Position numbers and translations under genes: made by a program. Of a DNA stretch of 64,000 nucleotides, positions 26,258-36,644 are shown one piece after another. Every line of letters begins with the position of its first letter. Position 1 is the stretch's first letter. This DNA is from Phycisphaerae bacterium (GTDB taxonomy: Bacteria; Planctomycetota; Phycisphaerae; UBA1845): NCBI GenBank assembly GCA_046753625.1, contig JBHHUB010000001.1:4377-68376 (forward strand), in the 5' to 3' direction. The notes under the pieces are model-generated. The model was not told the origin of the DNA. It did not search any database and saw only the letters and a program-made list of their open reading frames with translations.

Positions 26258-26533
26258 TTACTGCCGGGCAACATGCGTCGCCGCAGCTTGGGGGGGCGCC
26301 GGCGGGACCACGCTCTCGTCAAAGCGAATTACCCGGTTACGGATTTCGTCGGGCGTCCTGAGCCGGGCCACCCGTGCCTGAATCGACCAGAGCCGACGAC
26401 GCGCTTCCACTTGCTTGAGCTCCATCCGCACGGCGGTCGCGGCCGCCCGCGTTTGCAAGGTACGTACATGAACCAGCCCCAGGGCCAGGGCACCAAACGC
26501 AACGAGCAAGAACGCGGCGCGCTGCGTGGTCAA
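26258..26533 (-). CDS. ftsL: FtsL-like small bitopic division protein
   Basis: 91 aa with one TM (AAFLLVAFGALALGLVHV) followed by a coiled-coil-like segment. It sits directly upstream of ftsI. Its TTG start overlaps the upstream stop (TTGA). Confidence 0.55.
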   Translation of the reverse strand: MTTQRAAFLLVAFGALALGLVHVRTLQTRAAATAVRMELKQVEARRRLWSIQARVARLRTPDEIRNRVIRFDESVVPPAPPQAAATHVARQ

Positions 26534-27519
26534 CGTCGCGCTCCTCCTGCGGACGCGACCCGGCGACCGGGGAGCCTGATGCGCACGCCCGGTCGAATCA
26601 TGTCGGGCTTGGGAAACTTATCCTTGTTGAGCTCGAAGATTTCCCGCCAGCGGGATTCGTCGCCGAGCTGCTCCCGCGCGATCTTGGCGTAGCGGTCATT
26701 CTTCTGAATTTCGTACCATGGCGTATCCCCGGGCTCCGACCTCTCCTGGCGGTGGATGTCCTGGCCCGCTGCCGGCGAAGCGGGAACGCGGTGCGCCCCA
26801 GCGCTACGAGGCCCGTCGAACCCCGCAACCGGAGGAAGCGTGATGTTCAAGCCCGCACGTAGCTTGTCCACGCTCGGCAGCACGGCTCGATTCGCATCGA
26901 AGATGGCATTGATGACGGTTCGAGATCCGCTCCCGTAGAACAAACGTGCGATCTTTGAAAGCGAGTCCCCTGAAGCCACCGTGTAGGCCATGCCAGGCCG
27001 ATTGGCCCGCTCTTTCGCCGATCGGGCCGACAAGACGGCCGGCTCAGGCGGAGGCCCCGGCCGGTTTTGCTCTGCTGCGCGGCCTGGTAGTGCGCTGGTC
27101 GCTTGAGCCAGATGCTGGCGCTCAACCTGGGCGGCCAGCTCGTCGAGCCGACGTTCCAGTTCGGCGCGGCTGGCGGACGTCCATGCAGGATCCATGTTGG
27201 TTCTTGCGGGGCGGTCCTCGGTAAACTGCTCGTTTCGTTCAGGCCTCCCGCCGGCAGCGGGCCGCGTTGCGGTCGGAGCATCCACCGGAGGAATCGCGTC
27301 GTCCGCGGTAGCGTGTCGTCGCCAACCGGTACCCGGGTTACTGCCGTTGGCTTCGGGCGTGGTCTGTGCCGGTGGGGCGGAGTGGGCCGGGCGCGAATCG
27401 GCGCGCACGCCCAAATCTTCGTTGCTGAATCGCTCGTTGCCGCGATTGGTGAGGATGACCGCAAAACAAACGATAAAGGCCAGCCCCGCAAGCAATCCGA
27501 CTTTGGTTTCTTGTGCCAT
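26530..27519 (-). CDS. membrane-anchored protein with two LysM peptidoglycan-binding domains
   Basis: N-terminal TM is VGLLAGLAFIVCFAVIL, followed by a Pro/Ala-rich linker. The two LysM-like units are YTVASGDSLSKIARLFYG...LNITLP and YEIQKNDRYAKIAREQLGDESRWREIFELNK...GVRIRLP. Confidence 0.8.
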   Translation of the reverse strand: MAQETKVGLLAGLAFIVCFAVILTNRGNERFSNEDLGVRADSRPAHSAPPAQTTPEANGSNPGTGWRRHATADDAIPPVDAPTATRPAAGGRPERNEQFTEDRPARTNMDPAWTSASRAELERRLDELAAQVERQHLAQATSALPGRAAEQNRPGPPPEPAVLSARSAKERANRPGMAYTVASGDSLSKIARLFYGSGSRTVINAIFDANRAVLPSVDKLRAGLNITLPPVAGFDGPRSAGAHRVPASPAAGQDIHRQERSEPGDTPWYEIQKNDRYAKIAREQLGDESRWREIFELNKDKFPKPDMIRPGVRIRLPGRRVASAGGARR

Positions 27520-27668
27520 GGCAATGCCTCCGGGCCCTGATGCTCTGTCACACTCGCTGTGACGACGTTTTCTGAGTCATTCGTAAGCCCAGCCGCCCTC
27601 GACCGGGAGTTCGCCCACCCACGACGGCGTTTCGCCGGCCGCGCCATCCCATCCACATTGACGGTGCG

Positions 27669-28622
27669 TCACCCGGTTTCCAGAGCCGGGCGTGTCTCGA
27701 GGCGTCGCGCCACGCGGAGTTTCGCGCTGCGTGATCGAGGATTTCGCTCACGCTCCTCGGGCGATGCAATCACTGGTTTTTTGGTCAGCAATTCGTAGGT
27801 GCCTTCCGACTTACGCTTTCGAAAATTGAGTTTGACCGGTTTATCCTCAACACTGTGAAACGCGATGATTGCGATTCGGCCTCCCGGTTTGAGCACGTTC
27901 GGCGCGGCCTGGAGAAACGCCGCCAACGCGCCCGGCTCATCGTTGACCGCCATGCGCAGCGCTTGAAACGTTCGCGTGGCCGGGTGAATTCTGGATCGTC
28001 GGGACGACGGATCGCGAACCCCCAACGCACGGCAGGTGATTTCGGCCAGGCGACCGGTGGTGGTAATCCGCCGGTCGCGTCGCTGCCGGCAGATATGCCT
28101 GGCGATGCGGCGGCTTTTCATTTCCTGCGCGTTGAAGTAAATCAGATCGGCCAGCTCCCGTTCCGAAAGGCGATTCACCAGGTCCGAGGCGGTCACCTCG
28201 AGCCGCGGATCTAAGCGCATATCCAGTGGGCCATCCTGCTGAAAGGACAGCCCGCGTTCCGGGTCATCGAGCTGGGTCGAACTTACGCCCAAATCGGCCA
28301 GCACGACGTCCACATGTTCTACGTTTTGCGCCGCCAGCACAGCTCGAATTCTGCGGTAGTTCTCGTGGACCAGGTCGATTCGACAAGTGCACCCGGCCAA
28401 TGCCGCTCGGGCAATCGAAAGGTTGCCCGGATCGACATCCAGTCCGATCAGCCGCCCCTTGGGGCCCAGGCGCTGCGCCAGCATGCGCGCGTGACCGCCG
28501 GAGCCTACCGTCGCATCCACAACGGTGTCGCCCGCCTCGACGGGCAGAAAACCGGCGATTTCTTCGGGAAGTACCGGAATATGTACCAACGGCTTGCTGG
28601 ACTCCGGCACCGTTCCCATCAC
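27669..28622 (-). CDS. rsmH: 16S rRNA (cytosine1402-N4)-methyltransferase
   Basis: Diagnostic segments are HIPVLPEE, DATVGSGGHA, DLGVSSTQLD and FHSVEDKPVK. Confidence 0.93.
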   Translation of the reverse strand: MMGTVPESSKPLVHIPVLPEEIAGFLPVEAGDTVVDATVGSGGHARMLAQRLGPKGRLIGLDVDPGNLSIARAALAGCTCRIDLVHENYRRIRAVLAAQNVEHVDVVLADLGVSSTQLDDPERGLSFQQDGPLDMRLDPRLEVTASDLVNRLSERELADLIYFNAQEMKSRRIARHICRQRRDRRITTTGRLAEITCRALGVRDPSSRRSRIHPATRTFQALRMAVNDEPGALAAFLQAAPNVLKPGGRIAIIAFHSVEDKPVKLNFRKRKSEGTYELLTKKPVIASPEERERNPRSRSAKLRVARRLETRPALETG

Positions 28623-29061
28623 TTACCAACAAAAGGAGAAGGAGGCTGCCACTCATCCGTGACGACAGCGCTCCCATTCCCGTGGAGCTTTTCAAAACCA
28701 ACCAACGCGAACCCACAGTGCCTCCGTCCAAGAGGCCGGCCGCAGTTGTTTGTACCCAGCGGACCGAGTAATCCCCGTACGCCGCTTTGATCAGCCACAC
28801 ACTCCACTAACGATCGCGGATCGGCGACTCCCTTCGCCTCCTCAACCACGATCGAAACGAATTCGTGAAACATTCGCCCGCCAAAGAACCTTTGCCCGAG
28901 AAGACGAGGTCGCCACTGCAGAGACCTCTACCGCGCCGAGAGGCAGCCTCCGCCTTATTATCCCTCGCCCTCTTCGAAAGCTGCACGTCTTGGGACGCTC
29001 GCTTCATCCACTCGCTACGGTTCCGAATCCTTTCGGGCCGCAAACAGGCATAAGCCCCACG

Positions 29062-29532
29062 TCAATCCGTTGACCCGGGGCGTCTGCGCAAGAAACTTTG
29101 CCACTGGGGCCAATCCTCACCCTCCCAGTCGATACCCAAATCGCGATCCAACGCCGCGCGGTTCCATATTTCGATGCGATTCTTCTGGCCGATGAGGTAG
29201 ACTTCCTCGCCGAGTCCGGCTTTGCGCCGAAGTCGGTCGGGAAGCACGATACGGCCTTGCTTGTCGATCTCCACGGGCGATGCCAGGGAATAGAACTGCA
29301 ATTCGAAGCGCCGTGCGTCGGGTCCGGTGCTGTACTCCGTCTCCAGACGCGAGGCCAACTCCTCGAATCCGCGGGTGGTGAAGATGGCAAGGGTTCCGAT
29401 GGACTCCGCCAATGTGACGTAGAGGGTAGTTCCTTCCCGCTCGGGATCGACGACGCAACGTAGTTGGGCCGGCAATTGGACCCGATTCTTCGCATCGATC
29501 GTCCTCTCAAACTGTCCCGCGAATAGCCGCAT
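29062..29532 (-). CDS. mraZ: transcriptional regulator MraZ
   Basis: MRLFAGQFERTIDAKNRVQLPAQLR carries the first DxxxR-type motif. A second half-repeat follows (VEIDKQGRIVLPDRLR). The start was set to ATG 29532; the track ORF extends to 29565. Confidence 0.9.
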   Translation of the reverse strand: MRLFAGQFERTIDAKNRVQLPAQLRCVVDPEREGTTLYVTLAESIGTLAIFTTRGFEELASRLETEYSTGPDARRFELQFYSLASPVEIDKQGRIVLPDRLRRKAGLGEEVYLIGQKNRIEIWNRAALDRDLGIDWEGEDWPQWQSFLRRRPGSTD

Positions 29533-29551
29533 AAGGCTTAAACATCGGTAA

Positions 29552-29567
29552 CCACTTCTTGCCACTT
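29552..29567 (-). promoter_or_regulatory. candidate MraZ operator (two AAGTGG boxes, 10-bp phasing)
   Basis: Minus strand reads gatAAGTGGcaagAAGTGGtta, 20-35 nt upstream of the mraZ ATG. Published MraZ boxes are short GTGG/TGGG-type direct repeats with 10-bp periodicity. Confidence 0.35.
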
Positions 29568-29665
29568 ATCGACAAAATCTACCATCGCTACCCACAAAGG
29601 CAAGAGGAAAAAACGAGGAAGAGAAAAGATAAGGAGCTTTCCCCATTAGAGTGCTTCAGGCATCC

Positions 29666-29694
29666 ACAATATGTACCGCTGCAAGCTAGCACAA
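29666..29694 (-). promoter_or_regulatory. candidate dcw promoter
   Basis: Minus strand reads TTGTGC-N17-TATTGT, about 130 nt upstream of mraZ. It lies inside a clearly AT-richer leader. Confidence 0.25.
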
Positions 29695-30027
29695 GCACGA
29701 CATGGGGAGCGTGGTCGTCATGATCGCAAGAAATGAAGGCAGAATTTGCGCGGTTCGGACTAAGGACGTTCGTTCGAATCACAAGTGGATTGTCCCCACG
29801 TGGCGGCGTGATCTATTGGTGAAATTCAGCACAAAATCATATCTAATTGAAAGTTATCATCGGAAAGGCGGAGCAAAATGGAGCCGGGGCAACGCATGCC
29901 TGGTTGCGGCGAGTCACGGACGCGCTGGTTTGGATGGCCATGCGCTGATGTGCGTGGCCAAACCCTGTAGTTTTGCTTGCGGCTCAGATACGAGGAAAGG
30001 CAGCGCGGCATTGCAACGGCGGCGGAG

Positions 30028-31131
30028 TCATGCCATGGCTTCGCGGTATAGGGTTTCATACGATTCGAGCGTTTGATCGAATCGCCATCGCGTTGCCACC
30101 TCGTGTTGGGCGTTGGTGCCGAGTCGGGTGCGCAAAGCCGCATCGGTGAAGAGACGCAACAGCGCTTGGGATAGTAGGTCGGGGTCATCGAACGGAACAA
30201 GCAGCCCCGTGCGCTCGTGCGTGATGAGATCGCGACAGCCGGGAACGTCGGTCGTTACGATGGAACAGCCGCACGCCATGGCTTCAAGCAGCGCGTTGGG
30301 CAGTCCTTCCGTGCGCGAGGGGAACGCGAATACCTCGGTGGATCGAAGCAAGGCCGTAACGTCGCTGCGCACGCCCAGGAAATGAACTTGATCCGTCAGC
30401 CTCAACGTCGCGGCGAGCCGCTCCAATGGGACGCGGTAGGCGCCTTCACCGGCCAGCAGAAGATGGGCATCCACGCGTTGGCGGAGGCGTTCGAGCGCCT
30501 TGAGCAACACGTCGAGCCCCTTGACGACATCGAGGCGGCCGACCCAAAGGATCGTTCGGGCGTTTTGGGGGAGGCCCGCAGCGGGAAGAAGGGCCGCGTT
30601 CGGCGTGCGCGGAGCCGTACATCGCTTCGGATCGATTCCGCCACGAACCAGACGCAGCCGATGGGGGGGCAGGCAGGCACACGCCGCGAGATGCCGGACG
30701 ACGGACGGGGCATTGCCAATCGTCAGACGGCACAGGTCGTGTGTAAAATGATCCGCGACCAAGTGCCATCGTCGTTGCACCTCGACGGTCTGAATCTCGC
30801 AGAAGATTCGATCTCGCGGAAACTTCGCCCACTTACCCGCAAGCCGCGCCGCCAGGTTGGCGTGAAACAAAAACGCATGCACCATCCGTGGCTTGCATCG
30901 CCGCAGGATTGCGGCCAGTCGCGGTATGACCCGAACGTCGAAGCCGCCACGGCCGTCGCAGGAGCGTACTTCGATCCCCGCCTCGCGCAGCGACCGGCCG
31001 ACCGGTCCGGGCGGGTAGAGGCTTACGACGACGGGATGAAACCCGCGCGCGCGCATGGCCGGCGCCAAACGCTGTAGATGAAGCGGCACACCGCCCACCT
31101 CAAGATCGGTGATCACATACAGAATGGTCAT
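30028..31131 (-). CDS. glycosyltransferase family 4 (GT-B, RfaB-like)
   Basis: Diagnostic segments are MTILYVITDLEVGGVPLHL and FPSRTEGLPNALLEAMACGCSIVTTDVPG. The start was set to ATG 31131; the track ORF extends to 31194. Confidence 0.85.
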   Translation of the reverse strand: MTILYVITDLEVGGVPLHLQRLAPAMRARGFHPVVVSLYPPGPVGRSLREAGIEVRSCDGRGGFDVRVIPRLAAILRRCKPRMVHAFLFHANLAARLAGKWAKFPRDRIFCEIQTVEVQRRWHLVADHFTHDLCRLTIGNAPSVVRHLAACACLPPHRLRLVRGGIDPKRCTAPRTPNAALLPAAGLPQNARTILWVGRLDVVKGLDVLLKALERLRQRVDAHLLLAGEGAYRVPLERLAATLRLTDQVHFLGVRSDVTALLRSTEVFAFPSRTEGLPNALLEAMACGCSIVTTDVPGCRDLITHERTGLLVPFDDPDLLSQALLRLFTDAALRTRLGTNAQHEVATRWRFDQTLESYETLYREAMA

Positions 31132-31236
31132 AGCGTTTATCGCCACTGCCCCCGCTGGCCAGGGCCTGTCCCGCCTGCGTGCCGCAGGCTTCAATCCGTG
31201 CGGCCGTTCAAGCCCGTGGCTCGGGCCAAGTCCGGT

Positions 31237-32172
31237 TCAAAAATCGCGCCTGGAGAAACGCCACATTCCGAAGAGGATGACCGCCGCCTCGAAAAGCAAG
31301 GAGGATCCGATCGAGGCGAGCGGGCTTTTCTCAAGCTCCTGCTCTTCGATGGTACGTGCCTTGGCCATGTCGGCCACATCCTGATCGGAGAGCTTGCTTT
31401 GGGGAAACATGTCGGCGCTGGGGCCTACGCCGCCCCACCGAGCTACCAGGTATTCAATGTCCCCGGTTTTCGGCGGAATCCAACTCACCACCCGCACCGT
31501 ATTGTAGAGCGTAGTTTGCTTCTTCAGGCTTTCCACCATTTCGAAGAATTGCGGCGCCTGGTGGACGAGAGCGAACACCGCCCACGCCGTTATGGACACC
31601 AAGACGGCCGCCACCGTGCTACGCGTTTGCACGCCCACGACCGCGGTCACGCAGTAGACATAGCTGAAGAGAAGGACGAGTCCGGGGATCGCCAACAAAT
31701 AGCCCGGACACCAAACCCCCCAGCGCAACCCCATGGCCAAGAAGGTGCCGCCTACGAAGAAGATGCCTTGTACCGCGACGAAGACCATGCTCGCGAGGTA
31801 CTTGTAGAAAAAGAGCCGCGATCGGCTGATCGGCTTGGATAGCAGCACGCCGATCACGCCGCCGTCGATCATCGAGGGAAACACGCCGGCGGTGGCGATG
31901 AGCATCAGGATGACGCCGACCCAACCCAACAGGTTGCCGAACAACAAGTAAACGACGATCGCGGCTAACCGGGTGGGGCCTTGGTCGGCGAGGGGGTTGA
32001 ATGCGCCGCTATCGGTTTTCCAGATTCCAAAAATGAAACTGACCTGATTGCCCTCGAAGCCGACGCTCACCATCGCCAGAATCACGATGGCCGTGATCGC
32101 GATGAGCACCCAGAAGATCTTGCGATCCAGGGATTCACGAAAACTGGCGACGACGATGGCCCAAAACTGCAT
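31237..32172 (-). CDS. ABC-2 family transporter permease
   Basis: Track ORF of 311 aa with six TM helices. The N-terminus is MQFWAIVVASFRESLDRKIFWVLI. It is directly downstream of an ABC ATPase. Confidence 0.75.
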   Translation of the reverse strand: MQFWAIVVASFRESLDRKIFWVLIAITAIVILAMVSVGFEGNQVSFIFGIWKTDSGAFNPLADQGPTRLAAIVVYLLFGNLLGWVGVILMLIATAGVFPSMIDGGVIGVLLSKPISRSRLFFYKYLASMVFVAVQGIFFVGGTFLAMGLRWGVWCPGYLLAIPGLVLLFSYVYCVTAVVGVQTRSTVAAVLVSITAWAVFALVHQAPQFFEMVESLKKQTTLYNTVRVVSWIPPKTGDIEYLVARWGGVGPSADMFPQSKLSDQDVADMAKARTIEEQELEKSPLASIGSSLLFEAAVILFGMWRFSRRDF

Positions 32173-32185
32173 GGATTGCCGACTC

Positions 32186-33162
<977 letters not shown>

Positions 33163-33166
<4 letters not shown>

Positions 33167-34092
33167 CGATCTCCCTGGCGATTCATGACCTGATCCGCGA
33201 TCTGTCCGGCGGTGTCATCCGGTGACACATCGAGCCATTGTGCGGCTCGAAATCGCTTGAACCAGGTTCGCTGCGACTTGGCCAGTTGCCGGGTGTTGAT
33301 TTTGATCAATTCCGTCGCTTCCGCAAGGGACAATTCGCCGTTGAGGTGGGCCATGAGTTCCGCATAGCCTACGGCCTTACGCGCCGTTTCGCTCAGTGGC
33401 ATCGGTTCGGCCAGCAGCGAGCGAACTTCATCGAGCAGGCCCGCTTGCATCATGCTTTTGACGCGTTGGTTGGTTCGGTGATTCTGATCCTCCAGTGTCC
33501 TTCGGATCCCGAGGATGGTGCAGGGATAGCGGGTGCGATCTCGGTCCCACTGCGATTGCAGGGTGCTGATGGGGGTTCCGGTCAGTTCGTAGACCTCGAG
33601 GGCTCGGACGATCCGGCGCAGGTCGTTGGGATGAATGCGCGAGGCGGCGGTTGGGTCGACCTGCTGCAAGCGTGCATGTAGGGCGTCGGAACCGTGATCG
33701 CGGGAGAATCGCCTCAGTCTGTCGCGCAGATCGGGATCGGCGCCGGGTCCGTCGAACAACCCTTCCGTCAGCGCCTTGATGTACAGGGCGGTGCCGCCGA
33801 CCAGGTAAATCGGCTTGCCGAGTGCGGCGATTTGCTCGATGGCCCGCTCCGCCCGGGTGAGGTATTGGGCCACCGAGAAGTCGTCACACGGGTCCACGAT
33901 GTCGAGCAGGTGGTGCGGAATCTCCCGGCGAGCCCGGGCCGAGGGCTTGGCGGTCCCGATATCCATTCGCCGGTAGATTTTCATCGAATCCAGACTGATG
34001 ATGTGTCCGCCGGTTCGGCGCGCGAGTTCCCGTCCGAGCCCTCCTTTGCCGCAGCCGGTGCAGCCAATGATGAGTGTGAGATGAGGATTCAT
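33163..34092 (-). CDS. miaA: tRNA dimethylallyltransferase
   Basis: Diagnostic segments are LIIGCTGCGKGGL, SLDSMKIYRRMDIGTAKP and PHHLLD. The start was set to ATG 34092 (MNPHLTLIIG). Confidence 0.9.
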
Positions 34093-34337
34093 GGTCCTGG
34101 GGCCGGAGCCGTTCGCCCTGGAATTCAGGCCTGGGATTCTACGCGTTCGCAACGGCGGGCTGCTGCCCTACATCGGTGGCACGGCGCCGGGCATTGCCAT
34201 GTCGGTGCGCTCCCGGTACAAAAGGCGTTCGCTGGCCGAGCCTGCGGGATTCGCCCGGCGCGTATCCTCCGGCGCTTTGCTCAATCGGACCGTCACGTCG
34301 GCCGATAATCAAAGGGTGATTATCTGGGAGCGTAGAC

Positions 34338-36563
34338 TTGCCGCAAGTTGGTTCCACGGCTTTGAAACAGGCTCTCGCGCTGCTCATGCTCTCCATCACC
34401 TGGGGGGGCCATCAGCAGGAACCGCCCACCACCGAGGAGGTGGCCGAGTCCCCCAACCTCAGCCTGTTTGAAGACGGCCTGCTGGATCCCGAATCTCGTG
34501 AAGTGGATCGGCGGCGTTGGGCCAAGGTGTTGCTTGGCTATGACTCTGATGCGGCACGTGCAACGGTCGTACGCCTTCTCGGCTTGAGCAATCGGCCCGA
34601 AGTACAACTGGCTTTGGTTAAGGAGGTCGCCGACCGCGCCCGCAAGCATCCGGAGCAGCTCCATCTCGCGTTGGTCGATCCGCTCGTCATCCTTCTGGGC
34701 AGCGAGCATCCGGACCTGCGTACCGCGGCCGCCCAAGCCCTGGCGGCGTCCGATGAAGAATCGGTCACGAAGAGGCTCGGCACGCTGGCCCAGAACGCGG
34801 ACGCGCCCCTCGTGCAGCGTCTTGCCGCCATAGACGCCCTGGCTCCGAACATTCACCGGCGCATCGTACTGGTCGAATTGATCGCGGCCATCGACGATCC
34901 CTCCCCGGAGATTCGCGATCGGGTCGCCGCAGCCCTCGCCCCCGCCGCTCGAGAGGACTTGGGTGACGATCCGCGCGCCTGGCATGAGTGGTGGAGCCAT
35001 CAAAACGGGCTTAGCGATGAAAAGCGGCTGGCCGAGCAGTTTCGCACCAACCGCATGCGGTTGGAAGACTTGCGATCGGAGTTCGAGGCGTACCGCAAGC
35101 GTGTGCAGCAACGCCAGGAGGCGACCGCGCAGCGGATGCGCGAGTTTCAGCGTGAAATCGCCCGCTCGCTGGACGCGGGGCGGCTCAAGGAGGCCTTGGT
35201 ACGCTGGCTTGGTGATCCGGTTCCGCAGGTTGCGCTGACCGCCTTGGGTATCATCAAAGCGCAGATGGCGGATGAGGGCGTTCGGCCCGAAGGCGACGTA
35301 CTCTCGGCGCTGCTGCAATTGCTTCACCAGGGCTCCCCAAACGCGCGCCGGGAAGTCCTGTTGATCGTTCAAAACGTTAGCGAGGCGAAGGTGGTCGAGG
35401 AGGTTCTCAAGCAACTGGAGGTCGAGCAGGACGTCGAAACCCGGCTCGCCATTCTCAAAGCGATCGGCGCGTTGAACCGGGTTGAGGCGATCGAGAAGCT
35501 GGTTGCGGAGATTCAATCCGCGCAGACCCCGGTGGTTTGCGTTCGGGAAGCGGCGCTCGCGTTGGGCCACCTGGCCGCTCAGATCGATCCGCCGCTGAGT
35601 GATTCCGTCGCCGTTGTGGCGCTCAAGTCGCGCTACGCCGGTACGCCGGTGGATGACGTGCCTTTGCGCGCCGCGCTGTTGACCGCGATGGCCGGTGTCG
35701 GCGATGCCAAGTGTGCGCCGGAATTCCTCGATGCGGTCGAGTTCGACGAGCCGAGCATCGTGAAGCCGGCCATCTACGGGATGCAGCGCATTGGATACGT
35801 GACCAAACTCGCGAGACTGCGCGACCTTACCGCCCATCCCGATCCGTTGGTCCGCCTTTCCGCGATTGAGGCGGTCAGCCGGCTTGGTCATGAGACGGCG
35901 GACTTGGAGTGCCTGTTGGCACGGCTCAATCCGGTCAACGAGGAAAACGAGCTGGCCCGAGATGCCGCGTGGCGGGCGGTGCTCGATCTTATGAAGGACA
36001 AGTCGCACGCCGATCAACTCGCCCTGGCCGACCGCCTTCGCGAGATACCCGGCCGGGAAGTCGAGTATCTGGAACTGCTCGCCTCGTCTATCGACCCGAA
36101 GGCGTCGCAGGGGCAGCCCTTGCAGACGGTCTTGACCCGGCTTTCCAGCCTGCTGATGGCCGGCAACGATTACGTTCAGGCGGCCGATCACCTGAGGCAG
36201 CTCTACCAGTTGCGGTCTGCGTCCGGCGCCGACGATTTGATGGATGGCGGGGTTACCTGGCTCGATGCCTCGCTACGCGGCTATCCACGAACCGATCCGA
36301 CCACCGCGCTGTCCAGCATGTTGAACGCCGAGCCCGAGGCGGCGGCCGTAGAACGGATCATCGCAACCCTACGATCGCACTTGGCTTCAAAAGCGGTGCG
36401 GAAAGACTTGGACCGGCTGGTGCCGCTGGTGGAGGCGATCCGGAGCGTCAGAATCGAAGCACCGCCGCAGTTGTGGTCGGCGTTTGTTAATGAGCTGGAC
36501 GAGTTGGCCTCCTTGCGCAATGAGCCGCCTCCCGGTGCCGAGGCATCCACAGACGGGAACTGA
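34338..36563 (+). CDS. HEAT/armadillo-repeat protein with N-terminal signal-like segment
   Basis: Track ORF of 741 aa with repeated ~30-aa units (DPxVRxxAAxALG-type, e.g. HPDLRTAAAQALA, DPSPEIRDRVAAALA, HPDPLVRLSAIEAVSRLG). The 623-aa ORF on the opposite strand is a shadow. Confidence 0.75.
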   Translation: MPQVGSTALKQALALLMLSITWGGHQQEPPTTEEVAESPNLSLFEDGLLDPESREVDRRRWAKVLLGYDSDAARATVVRLLGLSNRPEVQLALVKEVADRARKHPEQLHLALVDPLVILLGSEHPDLRTAAAQALAASDEESVTKRLGTLAQNADAPLVQRLAAIDALAPNIHRRIVLVELIAAIDDPSPEIRDRVAAALAPAAREDLGDDPRAWHEWWSHQNGLSDEKRLAEQFRTNRMRLEDLRSEFEAYRKRVQQRQEATAQRMREFQREIARSLDAGRLKEALVRWLGDPVPQVALTALGIIKAQMADEGVRPEGDVLSALLQLLHQGSPNARREVLLIVQNVSEAKVVEEVLKQLEVEQDVETRLAILKAIGALNRVEAIEKLVAEIQSAQTPVVCVREAALALGHLAAQIDPPLSDSVAVVALKSRYAGTPVDDVPLRAALLTAMAGVGDAKCAPEFLDAVEFDEPSIVKPAIYGMQRIGYVTKLARLRDLTAHPDPLVRLSAIEAVSRLGHETADLECLLARLNPVNEENELARDAAWRAVLDLMKDKSHADQLALADRLREIPGREVEYLELLASSIDPKASQGQPLQTVLTRLSSLLMAGNDYVQAADHLRQLYQLRSASGADDLMDGGVTWLDASLRGYPRTDPTTALSSMLNAEPEAAAVERIIATLRSHLASKAVRKDLDRLVPLVEAIRSVRIEAPPQLWSAFVNELDELASLRNEPPPGAEASTDGN

Positions 36564-36644
36564 TTGCGGCGATACGGATAACCCGATCGCGTCTTGGTGA
36601 GCCTCAAGCCCCTGGTTGGGGCAGGTTCTGGGGATGGGCTCGGG

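Noticed and set aside
34320-36191. 623-aa minus-strand ORF
   Set aside because: It is antisense to the HEAT-repeat gene. Its composition is R/G/L/Q/P-heavy with no domain-like segments. This is the typical high-GC shadow frame.
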